A stretch of DNA of 62,237 nt, filler included. It is 7 parts of 7 records of this genome, joined end to end, with 100 filler letters (N's around TTAATTAATTAA, not from the genome) between each part and the next. Parts side by side here need not be neighbours in the genome. Positions count along the whole stretch, not along the records: positions 39,127 to 55,310 come from SRR31147125_27142; positions 55,411 to 62,237 come from SRR31147125_27212; 5 more parts are not named here. One strand, written 5' to 3'. A program made the position numbers and the translations under genes. Position 1 is the stretch's first letter. Each line of letters begins with the position of its first letter. The notes below the pieces were generated by a model. That model saw only the letters and a list, made by a program, of their open reading frames with translations, was not told where the DNA came from and made no database searches. Positions 49,204 to 59,329 of the stretch are shown here, in pieces.

Positions 49204-49767
49204 CTAAATTTTACCAACTAAATCTAAACCTGGTTTGAGAGTTTCTTTACCTGGTTTCCAGTTTGCAGGGCAAACTTGATCACCGTGTTCAGCAACGAAC
49301 TGGGCAGCTTGAACTTTTCTAAGAAGTTCCTCTGCATTTCTCCCAATTCCATTATCATGAACCTCATATAGTTTAACCTCTCCCTCTGGATTAAGGATAA
49401 ATGTCCCCCTAAGAGCTAAACCTTCCTCTTCAATTAAAACACCGAACTGTTTCGCAAGTTGAGCTGTAGGGTCTCCAATTAGTGGAAACTTAACTTTTGC
49501 TATAGTGTCAGATGAGTCAGCCCAAGCTTTGTGTACAAAGTGCGTATCAGTAGATACCCCATATACCTCAACTCCTAAATCTTTAAATTCATCATAATTA
49601 TCAGCTAAATCCCCTAGTTCAGTGGGGCAAACAAACGTAAAATCAGCTGGGTAAAAGAAGAGTATTGACCATTTTCCTTTTACATCATCCTGCGTTATAG
49701 TTTTAAACTGTCCATTTTGGTATATTTCTGCCTTAAAATCTTCAAGTTTTTTACCTACTAGTGCCAT
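49204..49767 (-). CDS. ahpC: Alkyl hydroperoxide reductase C (2-Cys peroxiredoxin)
   Basis: FYPADFTFVCPTEL; VCPANWKPG; LDLVGKI. Confidence 0.97.
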   Translation of the reverse strand: MALVGKKLEDFKAEIYQNGQFKTITQDDVKGKWSILFFYPADFTFVCPTELGDLADNYDEFKDLGVEVYGVSTDTHFVHKAWADSSDTIAKVKFPLIGDPTAQLAKQFGVLIEEEGLALRGTFILNPEGEVKLYEVHDNGIGRNAEELLRKVQAAQFVAEHGDQVCPANWKPGKETLKPGLDLVGKI

Positions 49768-49782
49768 TCATATCACTCCTTA

Positions 49783-49892
49783 TTATATTATTTTCTAAGT
49801 TAGAATGCATTAATCTAAGTTTGTTAAGAAAATCATTTTATATTATTTTCTAAGTTAGAATGCATCAATCTAACTTTGCTAAGAAAATCATT
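49783..49892. repeat. Tandem 55-bp duplication in the ahpC leader
   Basis: TTATATTATTTTCTAAGTTAGAATGCATyAATCTAAsTTTGyTAAGAAAATCATT starting at 49783 and 49838. Confidence 0.9.
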
Positions 49893-49924
49893 TATTTAAA
49901 TTTTATTGCTAATTTTATATCAAC

Positions 49925-49973
49925 TTTGTAATGATTACAAAAGAAGTATACATCATGTTTTAGAACTTGTCAA
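49925..49973 (-). promoter_or_regulatory. ahpC sigma-70 promoter with PerR/Fur-like box
   Basis: Minus strand TTGACA-17-TATACT (49973-49945) followed by the 8-1-8 dyad TTTGTAAT-G-ATTACAAA (49925-49941). Confidence 0.8.
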
Positions 49974-50217
49974 TAGCTTTGAGAATATTTTTATAGAATT
50001 TCTAATATTTTGTATAACAAAATATTAGAATAGTGGTTTTGGACGGTGTGTAAGATTGTTAAATTTATTTATGACAGCTTAACCCTTTATTACTCAAAGA
50101 AAGGTGATAATTTTAAGAGAGATAGAGTTATATATTTTTAAAAATAAAGCCTGTGTGTTGAAAAAAGAGTAATTGTGTGGTATCATGATATTAAGAACTA
50201 AAAACGAATACTTAATA

Positions 50218-50289
50218 GGCGTGTAACTGTTCGGCAGGCAAGACCTGGTAAGAGGCATTATTTGAATGCTTTTTTTCAGGTCTTTTTTT
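50218..50289 (+). promoter_or_regulatory. RAT (ribonucleic antiterminator) overlapping a conditional terminator
   Basis: GGCGTGTAACTGTTCGGCAGGCAAGACC matches the BglG/LicT RAT pattern; AAGACCTG...CAGGTCTTTTTTT terminator; upstream TTGAAA-17-TATCAT at 50158-50186. Confidence 0.88.
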
Positions 50290-50375
50290 ATACGTAAATT
50301 ATTTCTAAAAATAAAACTAAAATATTGGGGAAAAATATTTATATAGAGCTTATAATTATAGAAGGATGTATTAAT

Positions 50376-52226
50376 ATGGAATATGGCGAAATAGCTCATA
50401 GTATTATAAATAATTGTGGTGGGAATGAAAATATAGTAGATGTTCTTCATTGTACGACTAGATTAAGATTCACACTCCAAGATAACAGTAAGGTTCAATA
50501 TGAAAAGATAAAAGAAACAGATCAAGTTATGGGAGTAGTTAACAAAGGACAGCTTCAGCTTATTTTTGAGAATGATGTAATAAAGATCTATGATGAAATA
50601 CTAAAAATTCTAAAAAAAGAAGACTCAACAATAAATAAACCAACAGGGAATTTATTAAGTGTTATTACAGCTATTTTTCAACCGATGATACCAATTATGA
50701 CGGCATCGGGAATGTTAAAAGCTATATTAATTTCTTTGGTTAGTTTAGGAGTTATTAGCGAAGATAATACTAATTACAAGGTTCTTATTGCTATTTCTGA
50801 AGCAGGATACTACTTTCTGCCAATACTTCTGGCGCTTTCAACTGCCAGAAAGTTTAAAATGAATAATTACACAGCGATAACTTTAGCAGGTGTACTACTT
50901 TACCCTGCATTGATAAATTTATCAAATAATCCTAATGGGAATATAATACTATTTGGTTTTCCTATGAATCCATTAAATTATACCTATACGGTGTTTCCAG
51001 TGATTATAACAGTTATTTTTGCTGCTGCAATTGAAAAAGAGCAAAAATATTTTCCTGAAATATTGAAGTTTTTAACGGTTCCATTATTTACTTTGATCAT
51101 CTCAGCAACGGTATCTCTGTTATTTTTAGCTCCCATTGGGGGAGTTGGAGGAAATATCCTTGTAAGTATAGTTACGCTAATTCAAGCACAGATTGGTTGG
51201 CTTGCTCAGGCAGTTATGGCGTTTTTTATGCCTTTTATTGTAATGTTTGGGATGCATAAGGTTCTTGTACCATTTAATATTTCAGCAATGAACACAGTAG
51301 GATATGAATCACTTGTTTTACCGACTATGCTTGCTGCTAATATTGCACAAGGAGCTTCATCGTTGGCAGTTTCTCTTAAAACGAAAAATAGAGAGCTGAG
51401 AAATATTGCGTTTTCAGCAGGAATAACGGGAATTTGTGGGATTACAGAGCCTGCAATCTTTGGTGTAAATCTAAAACTGAAGAGACCAATGTTAGGAGCA
51501 GTGATAGGGGCAGGGTGTTCTGGTATATTTGTGGGAATTTCTAATTTGAAATGTTACGCTTTTGTGGCTCCAAGTATTGCTACACTGCCAATATTTATTG
51601 GAGAAAAAGGAAACTTCGAAAATGCAATTATTACTGTGTTGATCTCATTTGTTGTAGCTTTTGCTAGTACATGGATTTTGGGATTCAAAGATGAAAAAAG
51701 TGAAGAGGAAGTTAAAAGTATTAAAAAAGATAAAGTAAGACCAAGCATTTATGCACCAATGAATGGGAAGATTGTACCTTTGTCGGAAGTCGACGACCAG
51801 GTATTTTCGCAAAAAATTATGGGTGATGGTTTAGCAATCATACCTATTAACGATAATGTATTGGTGTCTCCTGTTAATGGTGTGATTAATAAGCTTTTTT
51901 ATACAAATCATGCTATAGAGATTAAATCAAATGATGGTTTGATTATGCTTATTCATATTGGAATAGATACTATTAAGTTGGATGGTAAATTCTTTAAATC
52001 CTATATTTCTGAAGGGGATGTAGTGAAAAAGGGCGATAAACTAGTGAAGTTTAGTAGCTCTAAAATTACAGCCAAAGGGTTTGATATAATCACTCCAATA
52101 GTTATAAAAAATTCAGAAGATTATGGGGAAATTTTCTTTGAGAAAAACTCTATTGTTGAAAAAGGTCAAAAAAATCCTGACAACGATTTAAAATTAATGT
52201 TGGGTTTCTGTATATATTATATTTGA
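50376..52226 (+). CDS. bglF: PTS beta-glucoside transporter EIIBCA
   Basis: HCTTRLR EIIB, FGMHK and GITEPAIFGV EIIC, D.VFS..MGDG and LIHIGIDT EIIA; the last residues may be shifted by an extra A near 52170. Confidence 0.88.
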   Translation: MEYGEIAHSIINNCGGNENIVDVLHCTTRLRFTLQDNSKVQYEKIKETDQVMGVVNKGQLQLIFENDVIKIYDEILKILKKEDSTINKPTGNLLSVITAIFQPMIPIMTASGMLKAILISLVSLGVISEDNTNYKVLIAISEAGYYFLPILLALSTARKFKMNNYTAITLAGVLLYPALINLSNNPNGNIILFGFPMNPLNYTYTVFPVIITVIFAAAIEKEQKYFPEILKFLTVPLFTLIISATVSLLFLAPIGGVGGNILVSIVTLIQAQIGWLAQAVMAFFMPFIVMFGMHKVLVPFNISAMNTVGYESLVLPTMLAANIAQGASSLAVSLKTKNRELRNIAFSAGITGICGITEPAIFGVNLKLKRPMLGAVIGAGCSGIFVGISNLKCYAFVAPSIATLPIFIGEKGNFENAIITVLISFVVAFASTWILGFKDEKSEEEVKSIKKDKVRPSIYAPMNGKIVPLSEVDDQVFSQKIMGDGLAIIPINDNVLVSPVNGVINKLFYTNHAIEIKSNDGLIMLIHIGIDTIKLDGKFFKSYISEGDVVKKGDKLVKFSSSKITAKGFDIITPIVIKNSEDYGEIFFEKNSIVEKGQKNPDNDLKLMLGFCIYYI

Positions 52227-52265
52227 AGTCTCTTTCTTTATTTCGAAAGGAGTAGATACAAAAGA

Positions 52266-53099
52266 ATGCAAATAATTAAAATTCTAAATACAAGTGTGGT
52301 TCTAGCCAAAAATGACAACGATGAAGAAGTAATCCTAAGTGGAAAAGGTATTGGATTCAATAATAAAATTGGGAATACTATTAGTGAAAGTGAAGCTGAA
52401 AAAGTATATGTGCTTAGAGATAAGAATACTGTTGAAAGATTTCTAGAGTTAGTATCTGATATGCCTGTTATCTATTTAAAGATTACAGAACATATTATCC
52501 AATATGCAAAGGAAAAACTTAAGATTACTTTAAATGATCAAATATTAGTAACGCTTAGTGATCATATCAATTTCGCAGTATTGCGTTTAAAAGAGAATAA
52601 AACTATTAAAAATAGATTATTGTGGGAAGTGCAAAAATTATATCCTGAAGAATATAGAGTAGGTATTTATGCAGTGCAGTATATAAATGAACTTTTAGAC
52701 ATTAATTTTCCTGAGGATGAAGCTGGAAATATAGCTTTTCATATAATTAATTCTGAGAGGGAAGACAGCAGTTTAAATAAAACTATCTTTGCAACTGAGA
52801 TGGTTAAAAATATCATTAATATTATTCAATATTATTTTGGAATAATTCTTGATAAAGAATCACTAAATTATAATAGATTTGTTACCTATCTGCATATAGC
52901 TATAAGAGATCTTTCTGGCAAAAATAATGTAGCAGATGAAGATGATTTTCTCTATAGACAGGTTAAGGAGAAATATAGTGAAGAGTATAAATGTGTAAGG
53001 AAAATAAATGAGTTTATTGAGAATAAGACAGGGCAAAAAATCTCGAATGATGAAAAAGCCTATTTGGTTATACAGGTTAATCGAGTAATTAACCGTTAG
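52266..53099 (+). CDS. BglG/LicT-family transcriptional antiterminator
   Basis: CAT domain (KILN..V...E.IL.GKGIGF) plus two PRD domains. Confidence 0.92.
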   Translation: MQIIKILNTSVVLAKNDNDEEVILSGKGIGFNNKIGNTISESEAEKVYVLRDKNTVERFLELVSDMPVIYLKITEHIIQYAKEKLKITLNDQILVTLSDHINFAVLRLKENKTIKNRLLWEVQKLYPEEYRVGIYAVQYINELLDINFPEDEAGNIAFHIINSEREDSSLNKTIFATEMVKNIINIIQYYFGIILDKESLNYNRFVTYLHIAIRDLSGKNNVADEDDFLYRQVKEKYSEEYKCVRKINEFIENKTGQKISNDEKAYLVIQVNRVINR

Positions 53100-53311
53100 G
53101 GTTTTGCGGAGGGAGTCATCTCTCCTTTTCATGAGATAGTTTTGCGCCATTATAACAAGCCTTTTAAAAAGGTTTTTATAATATAGGAAAATCAATGTTT
53201 TAATTAAAAAAATAAAATATAAATTAGAAAAAACAAGGGGGGAGTTAGAAAAAATAGGGTGATTTTGTCAGTCAAAGGTTCATAATTACTATTTTAATTG
53301 TAAGTAAGGGA

Positions 53312-54625
53312 GTGAAGATGTCAAAATTTGAAAATGTCTTAATGAAAGTTGCTGAAAAGGTAGATGATAATAAATACCTTCAGTCTGTTAAAAATGCTTT
53401 TACAACATTTATGCCTTTTATCATTGTAGGATCATTTGCGGTATTATTAAAGTTAATTATTTCTAGCCCAAGAACAGGTCTTGCAAAATGGATACCATCA
53501 TTGCAAAGTACAGGGGTAGCATTTACAGCACTAAATTTTGCGACGATGTCATTTATGACTATACCAATTATTTTCTTGATTGCACTGAATTTAGCTAAAA
53601 AATATAAAATGCCGGAATATATAACAGCTTGTGTAGCTGTGGCGGCATATATATCGGTTATACCATCAGTTGTTACAGTGAAAATTGATCAGGCGACTGG
53701 AATGGCAAAGGGAGTTCCAGCAGGTCCACTAGGGGCACAAGGTCTATTTATTGGTATGATTCTCACAATTATTGTTGTTGAGTTGTTTAGATTCTTTATC
53801 GGAATCGAAAAACTAAAAATCAAAATGCCAGCATCAGTACCGCCACAAATTGTAACATCATTCAATGCATTAATTCCAATTTTATTAGTATTATGTATAA
53901 CTTCAGTCTTTGGGAATGTTTTCCATAATTTAACAGGTCTTTATATAAATGAGTTTATCTATACAATTGTTCAAGCGCCATTAGAAGCACTATTCCAAAG
54001 TCCAGCAGGGATTCTTTCGATTGTTATAATCTCTCAATTATTCTGGTTCTTAGGGATACATGGTGGAATGGTAATATCACCTATTAGAAACCCGTTAATA
54101 GTTGCTGCAATTGCTGCTAATATTGCTGCTTCTTCAGCAGGACAAGTTCCTAATCAACCAATAACATTTGGTTTCTGGTTGAACTTCGTTGTACCTGGTG
54201 GGGCAGGGATGGTATTATCGTTAATCATTGCAATTTTCCTTTTCTCAAAACGAGATGATCATAAAATGATTGGTAAAATTGGATTTTTACCTGCTCTATT
54301 TAATATAAGTGAACCTGTAGTATTTGGTCTTCCACTAGTTTTAAACCCAACATTTGCAATTCCATTTGTGTTTAACTCAGGAGTATCTACAGTGATTGCC
54401 CTTATCGCAACAAAGATCGGATTTTTACCATGTAACATTGTAGATATACCATTTGGTGTACCTATAGTACTTGGAGCTTTTATAAGTCATGGTTGGCAAG
54501 GTGTTGTGGTACAGGTTATAGCAGTTTTCGTATGTGTGTTAACTTGGGCTCCATTTGTAATAGTTGCTAATAGAGAAGCTGCAAAGGAAAAAGAAGAAGA
54601 AAAAGGTGAGGTGAAAACAGCCTAA
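53312..54625 (+). CDS. PTS cellobiose/lactose-family EIIC component
   Basis: MPFIIVGS, LGAQGLF, KIKMP.SVPP, FWFLGIHG and FNISEPVVFGLP.VLNP. Confidence 0.9.
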   Translation: MKMSKFENVLMKVAEKVDDNKYLQSVKNAFTTFMPFIIVGSFAVLLKLIISSPRTGLAKWIPSLQSTGVAFTALNFATMSFMTIPIIFLIALNLAKKYKMPEYITACVAVAAYISVIPSVVTVKIDQATGMAKGVPAGPLGAQGLFIGMILTIIVVELFRFFIGIEKLKIKMPASVPPQIVTSFNALIPILLVLCITSVFGNVFHNLTGLYINEFIYTIVQAPLEALFQSPAGILSIVIISQLFWFLGIHGGMVISPIRNPLIVAAIAANIAASSAGQVPNQPITFGFWLNFVVPGGAGMVLSLIIAIFLFSKRDDHKMIGKIGFLPALFNISEPVVFGLPLVLNPTFAIPFVFNSGVSTVIALIATKIGFLPCNIVDIPFGVPIVLGAFISHGWQGVVVQVIAVFVCVLTWAPFVIVANREAAKEKEEEKGEVKTA

Positions 54626-54638
54626 ACAGCTGTAAAAA

Positions 54639-55310
54639 ATGGAAATATTTAGTTTGATTGGAAACCAAATAATAACGATGTATTTGTTAGCAATAATAGG
54701 ATTCTTTATGTATCGTTTTAAATTTCTAGAGGATAAATTTATTAGAAAAATGACTTTTTCTTTGGTTTGGGTTATAAATCCACTGTTAATTTTATCTAGT
54801 TATCAAATGGAATTTGAAATGGAAAAATTCAATAATTTAATGCTTACATTTGCGTTCTCATTAGTCACGATGGTTTTTATATTTGTTTTTTCGCATTTTA
54901 TCTTCAAAGATCATACGAAAATGGAAAACATGGCACTTGGATTTGGTAATGCTGGTTTTATAGGTATTCCAATTGTGAGAGGACTTTTGGGGATAGAAAG
55001 CGTGTTTTATCTATCAGCGTACATTACATGTTTTAATATATTCAGCTACACATATGGGATATACCTAATAACAGGCGATACTAAGAATATATCACTATCT
55101 AGGATAATTAAAAACCCTGGAATACTTACAGTGGTTCTGGGTGTAGTAATGTATATTGGGCAAATAAGACTCCCGGCAATAGCTACAGAATCATTAAGAA
55201 CAATAGGAAATTTTAATACACCTATCGCTATGATGATATTAGGGACGTATATAGCGAAACTAAGCATACCTGATATTTTTACTGATAAAAGAGCCTATTA
55301 CATTAGTTTT
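54639..55310 (+). CDS. AEC (auxin efflux carrier)-family transporter, 3'-truncated
   Basis: FGNAGFIGIP, KNPG, NTPIAMMILG. Confidence 0.85.
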
Positions 55311-55410
55311 NNNNNNNNNNNNNNNNNNNNNNNNNNNNNNNNNNNNNNNNNNNNTTAATTAATTAANNNNNNNNNNNNNNNNNNNNNNNNNNNNNNNNNN
55401 NNNNNNNNNN
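55311..55410. other. Artificial contig spacer
   Basis: N44-TTAATTAATTAA-N44. Confidence 0.99.
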
Positions 55411-55430
55411 TAATCCAAATCAAAAGTTTT

Positions 55431-58088
55431 ATGAAAAAAGCATTTTTTTCAATTGTATTGCTGGCTGTATTCAGCCTGTTTACACTTGCTGCTGCTGCCC
55501 AGGGCACAGTAAAAGGTGTAGTAGTAGATTCTGAAACGAATGAAGCTCTAATTGGAGCTAGCGTGGTACAAATTGGTACTACAAACGGTACTGTTACTAA
55601 TGCAAACGGTGAGTTTTCACTAACATTACAAGAAGGAACTCAAAAAATTGGCATTTCATTTATTGGCTACGATGCCTTTCAGTTAGATGTTGCAGGTAAA
55701 CAAGATCTTGGAACTATATCACTTGCTCCAAGTGCTGTTTCATTAGAAGATATTGTTGTTGTAGGTTCTGGCATTATTGACCTTGCAGTAGACCGAATGA
55801 CTCCAATCGCTTCAACAATTGTATCAAGAGTAGAAATTCAGTCTAAAGCAGTTGGTAACGTTGAGTTTCCGGAGATAATGAAAAACACTCCTAACGTTTA
55901 TGTTGCTAACCAGGCAGGTGGTTTTGGTGATGGCCAAATGTTTGTTCGTGGTTTCGACCAGTCGAACACCGCATTCTTGTTAAATGGTCAGCCAATTAAC
56001 GGTATGGAAGACGGAAAAATGTACTGGTCGAACTGGGCTGGTATGTCTGATATTGCCAACGCGGTTGATATTCAGCGTGGTTTAGGTTCTTCAAAACTTG
56101 CAATTTCTTCGGTTGGTGGTACAATTAACATTGTAACTAAAGCAACTGAGAAGAAAAAAGGTGGCTATGTTCGTACTTTAGGTGGTTACGGAGAATACAT
56201 GAAAGGAACTTTTGCGTACAACACCGGCATTATGAATAACGGCTGGGGTATTTCGTTCTTAGTTGACTACTGGCAAGGTGATAGAAAATACGCTGAAGGA
56301 ACTAAAGGAAAAGGACAAAACTATTTCCTTTCTGTTGGAAAACAGTACGAATCTCACAACTTCAACTTCATGATTTTTGGTGCACCTCAGTGGCACGACC
56401 AAAACTACTCTAAAGCATTAGGCTTCTCTTATTATGGTTATTACGACCAGGATGGTAGCGGCGGTGACAACCCAACAATCGATGATATTTCTCGCGATGA
56501 AATGAAATATAACGCGAACTGGGGAACACTTGACGGAGAATATATGACCTGGAGAAGAAACTTCTACCACAAACCGGTTATGAACTTAAACTGGGACTGG
56601 AAAGTAAGCGATAAATCATCATTATCAACAGTATTGTATGCATCGTTCGGCCGCGGTGGTGGAACAGGAGCTTATGGTTCAAGTAGACAATACAATACTT
56701 GGGATGATAATAACCAAATTGATTTTTCTGCAATCAAAGCAACAAACGAATCGTTAGATGGGAAAATTGGAACTTACGGTACAGCAGCAGCTTTACGTGG
56801 TTCTATGAACATGCACAAATGGTTTGGTGCAGTAACCAACTTCAACAAAGAAGTTAATGAAAACTTCAGCTACAACGTTGGTGCTGATTTCCGTTTCTAT
56901 AACGGTGACCACTTCCGTCAGTTGGTTGACATGTTAGGACTTAACGGATGGGAAGATAGTTACGGACGTTATACCAGCGGCGACTATATTGTTAGTAACA
57001 CTTATGATGCAAATCCTTGGGCTGCTTTATCGAATTACGCTCCAGAAGAAGACAGGATTGGTTATGACAACAGCGAATGGATCAACTACCAAGGTGTTTT
57101 TGGACAAGCAGAATATGCAGGCACCAATTACTCTCTATTTTTCCAGGGAGCACTCTCTAACCAGTCGTACAAAAAAGAAGAACGCTTCAGTGCCGATCAC
57201 GAACAATCGGAAACTTTAAACCGCATAGGTTTTAACGTAAAAGGTGGTGGTTCTTACTCATTATCTGAAGACCATATCGTTTTTGTTAATGCAGGATACT
57301 ACTCTCGTCAGCCTTTCCTTGATAATATCTTTGAATATGGTTCAATAGAAAAAAGGGCAAAAGAAGTAGAAAACGAAAAAATTACTGGTATAGAAGCTGG
57401 TTATAAAGCAAAATTAGGATTGCGTACAAACTTAATTCTTAACACTTATTATACCAGGTGGGCAAACCGTTTCCAAAGCTCAAGTGCCACCGACTATGTT
57501 ACTCCAGCTGGTGTTACTGTTGCTGATGCAGGTATCAGAATGTATAACATCGCGCAAATTCACAAAGGTGTGGAGTTAGAGATGAATACCTATTTGACCA
57601 ATGCATGGAGCGTTCGCGGATATGCAACATTTGGCGACTGGAAATATGATGGTTCAACTCCGGTTGAAATTCTTGACATGGATAACAACGGTGAGAAAAT
57701 GGACGAATTTGACATCGACTTAAATGGAGCAAAAGTAGGTGAAGCGCCACAAATGTCGTTAGGACTTGGAACTGCATACAGCATTAGCGGATTCCGCGTT
57801 TATGCCGACTTAAACTACTACAACAAACTGTATGGCTTTGTTGATGTTGAAGACATGGCAGTTGCTTCGTTGAACGATGAAACTTACGAATCGGAAGAAC
57901 TAGATGCTTATATGGTAGTTGATGCAGGTGCATCATACACCATCTTAAAGAATAAAGATAAAGCATTAATTATTCGCGGTAACGCTAAAAACTTGCTCAA
58001 CGAAAAATATTTCAGTCGTAAAGATAACTATGGTTACTACTTTGGTAACGGAACTACCTGGAACCTTGGTTTAACATTTGAATTCTAA
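55431..58088 (+). CDS. TonB-dependent receptor
   Basis: Signal peptide, carboxypeptidase-like N-domain, plug (VRGFDQ.N...NGQP.N.MEDG..YWSNW; QRGLG.S), C-terminal TFEF. Confidence 0.92.
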   Translation: MKKAFFSIVLLAVFSLFTLAAAAQGTVKGVVVDSETNEALIGASVVQIGTTNGTVTNANGEFSLTLQEGTQKIGISFIGYDAFQLDVAGKQDLGTISLAPSAVSLEDIVVVGSGIIDLAVDRMTPIASTIVSRVEIQSKAVGNVEFPEIMKNTPNVYVANQAGGFGDGQMFVRGFDQSNTAFLLNGQPINGMEDGKMYWSNWAGMSDIANAVDIQRGLGSSKLAISSVGGTINIVTKATEKKKGGYVRTLGGYGEYMKGTFAYNTGIMNNGWGISFLVDYWQGDRKYAEGTKGKGQNYFLSVGKQYESHNFNFMIFGAPQWHDQNYSKALGFSYYGYYDQDGSGGDNPTIDDISRDEMKYNANWGTLDGEYMTWRRNFYHKPVMNLNWDWKVSDKSSLSTVLYASFGRGGGTGAYGSSRQYNTWDDNNQIDFSAIKATNESLDGKIGTYGTAAALRGSMNMHKWFGAVTNFNKEVNENFSYNVGADFRFYNGDHFRQLVDMLGLNGWEDSYGRYTSGDYIVSNTYDANPWAALSNYAPEEDRIGYDNSEWINYQGVFGQAEYAGTNYSLFFQGALSNQSYKKEERFSADHEQSETLNRIGFNVKGGGSYSLSEDHIVFVNAGYYSRQPFLDNIFEYGSIEKRAKEVENEKITGIEAGYKAKLGLRTNLILNTYYTRWANRFQSSSATDYVTPAGVTVADAGIRMYNIAQIHKGVELEMNTYLTNAWSVRGYATFGDWKYDGSTPVEILDMDNNGEKMDEFDIDLNGAKVGEAPQMSLGLGTAYSISGFRVYADLNYYNKLYGFVDVEDMAVASLNDETYESEELDAYMVVDAGASYTILKNKDKALIIRGNAKNLLNEKYFSRKDNYGYYFGNGTTWNLGLTFEF

Positions 58089-58110
58089 TAGTTTAAACTA
58101 TGATATATAT

Positions 58111-58137
58111 AAAAAGCCGCCTTGTGCGGCTTTTTTT
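58111..58137 (+). terminator. Rho-independent terminator
   Basis: AAAAAGCCGC-cttgt-GCGGCTTTTTTT. Confidence 0.88.
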
Positions 58138-58234
58138 ATGCTTCATTCCCAAACATTTAAACCAAACTGCTGTTTTTTAAACAGGAATTTATATTTTTGC
58201 CGCCGTTTTATCGGAAAACATAGGACTAGACAAA

Positions 58235-59227
58235 ATGGAACAGCTACAGATAAATAAAATGTTAGAGGAAAAAGGTTACATTGAAGAATCAATTGACCCG
58301 AAATTGAAGTTGGTGGAAGAAATTAAACGGTTGAAAAAAGAAAAAAATGCTGTAATACTTAGCCACTTTTACACCGACGGGCCTTTACAAGACATTGCCG
58401 ACTTTGTGGGCGACAGTCTTCAATTGGCACAAGCTGCTGCAAAAGCTGATGCCGACATGATTGTTTTTGTTGGCGTTCATTTTATGGCCGAGACTGCAAA
58501 AATTATTAATCCGGGCAAAAAAGTAATTCTTCCCGATTTAAAAGCCGGGTGTTCGTTGGCCGAATCGGCTCCTGAAGACAAATTTGAAGCCTTTAAAAAC
58601 CAATATCCCGACCATAAGGTAATTACGTATATAAATGCAACAGCGGCCTTAAAAACACTGTCAGACATTGTTTGTACTTCGGCCAATGCCAAACAAATTG
58701 TAGAAAGCTTTCCGAAAGAACAAAAACTAATTTTTGGCCCCGATAAAAACCTGGGAGGCTACATTAACAGCATTACCGGACGCGAGATGGTTTTATGGGA
58801 CGGAGCCTGCATGGTGCACGAGCAGTACTCGCTTGAAAAAATTGTTGATTTGATGGACAAAAATCCTGATGCAGAGTTCATCGCTCATCCCGAATGCGAA
58901 AAACCGGTTCTGTTGCTGGCAAAACACATTGGTTCTACCAGCGCCTTACTAAAATACGTTCAGGAAAGCGAGGCTAAAAAATTCGTTGTTGCTACCGAAA
59001 GCGGCATCCTGCACCAAATGACCAAAGCGTGCCCCGATAAAATATTTATTCCGGCTCCTTCTATTGATTCTACCTGCGGATGTAACGATTGCAGCTACAT
59101 GAAATTGAACAGCCTTCAAAAGCTTTATACTTGTTTAAAATACGAACAACCTGAAATTACTTTGCCTGAAGATGTAATTGAAAAGGCTAAGCTTCCTATT
59201 TTGCGCATGTTGGAAGTTTCGAAATAG
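58235..59227 (+). CDS. nadA: Quinolinate synthase
   Basis: GDSL.LA, GVHFMAETAKI, AGCSLA, YIN, CTS.NA, CMVH, AHPEC and C..MK motifs. Confidence 0.97.
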   Translation: MEQLQINKMLEEKGYIEESIDPKLKLVEEIKRLKKEKNAVILSHFYTDGPLQDIADFVGDSLQLAQAAAKADADMIVFVGVHFMAETAKIINPGKKVILPDLKAGCSLAESAPEDKFEAFKNQYPDHKVITYINATAALKTLSDIVCTSANAKQIVESFPKEQKLIFGPDKNLGGYINSITGREMVLWDGACMVHEQYSLEKIVDLMDKNPDAEFIAHPECEKPVLLLAKHIGSTSALLKYVQESEAKKFVVATESGILHQMTKACPDKIFIPAPSIDSTCGCNDCSYMKLNSLQKLYTCLKYEQPEITLPEDVIEKAKLPILRMLEVSK

Positions 59228-59329
59228 TTATAAAACTTCGTATTTACCAATTAAAACACTTTGTGAAATCTTTGTGGCATATCCAGCCACAAAGACACTA
59301 AAGCACCAAGTTGCACAAAGCTTTATTAT

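Noticed and set aside
49783-49892. Tandem repeat as a mini-CRISPR
   Set aside because: Only two directly abutting copies, no spacer and no cas genes.
6876-55410. Six recurring TTAATTAATTAA motifs flanked by N runs
   Set aside because: Artificial 100-nt joins between contigs, not a repeat family or CRISPR array. Any apparent system spanning them is not real.
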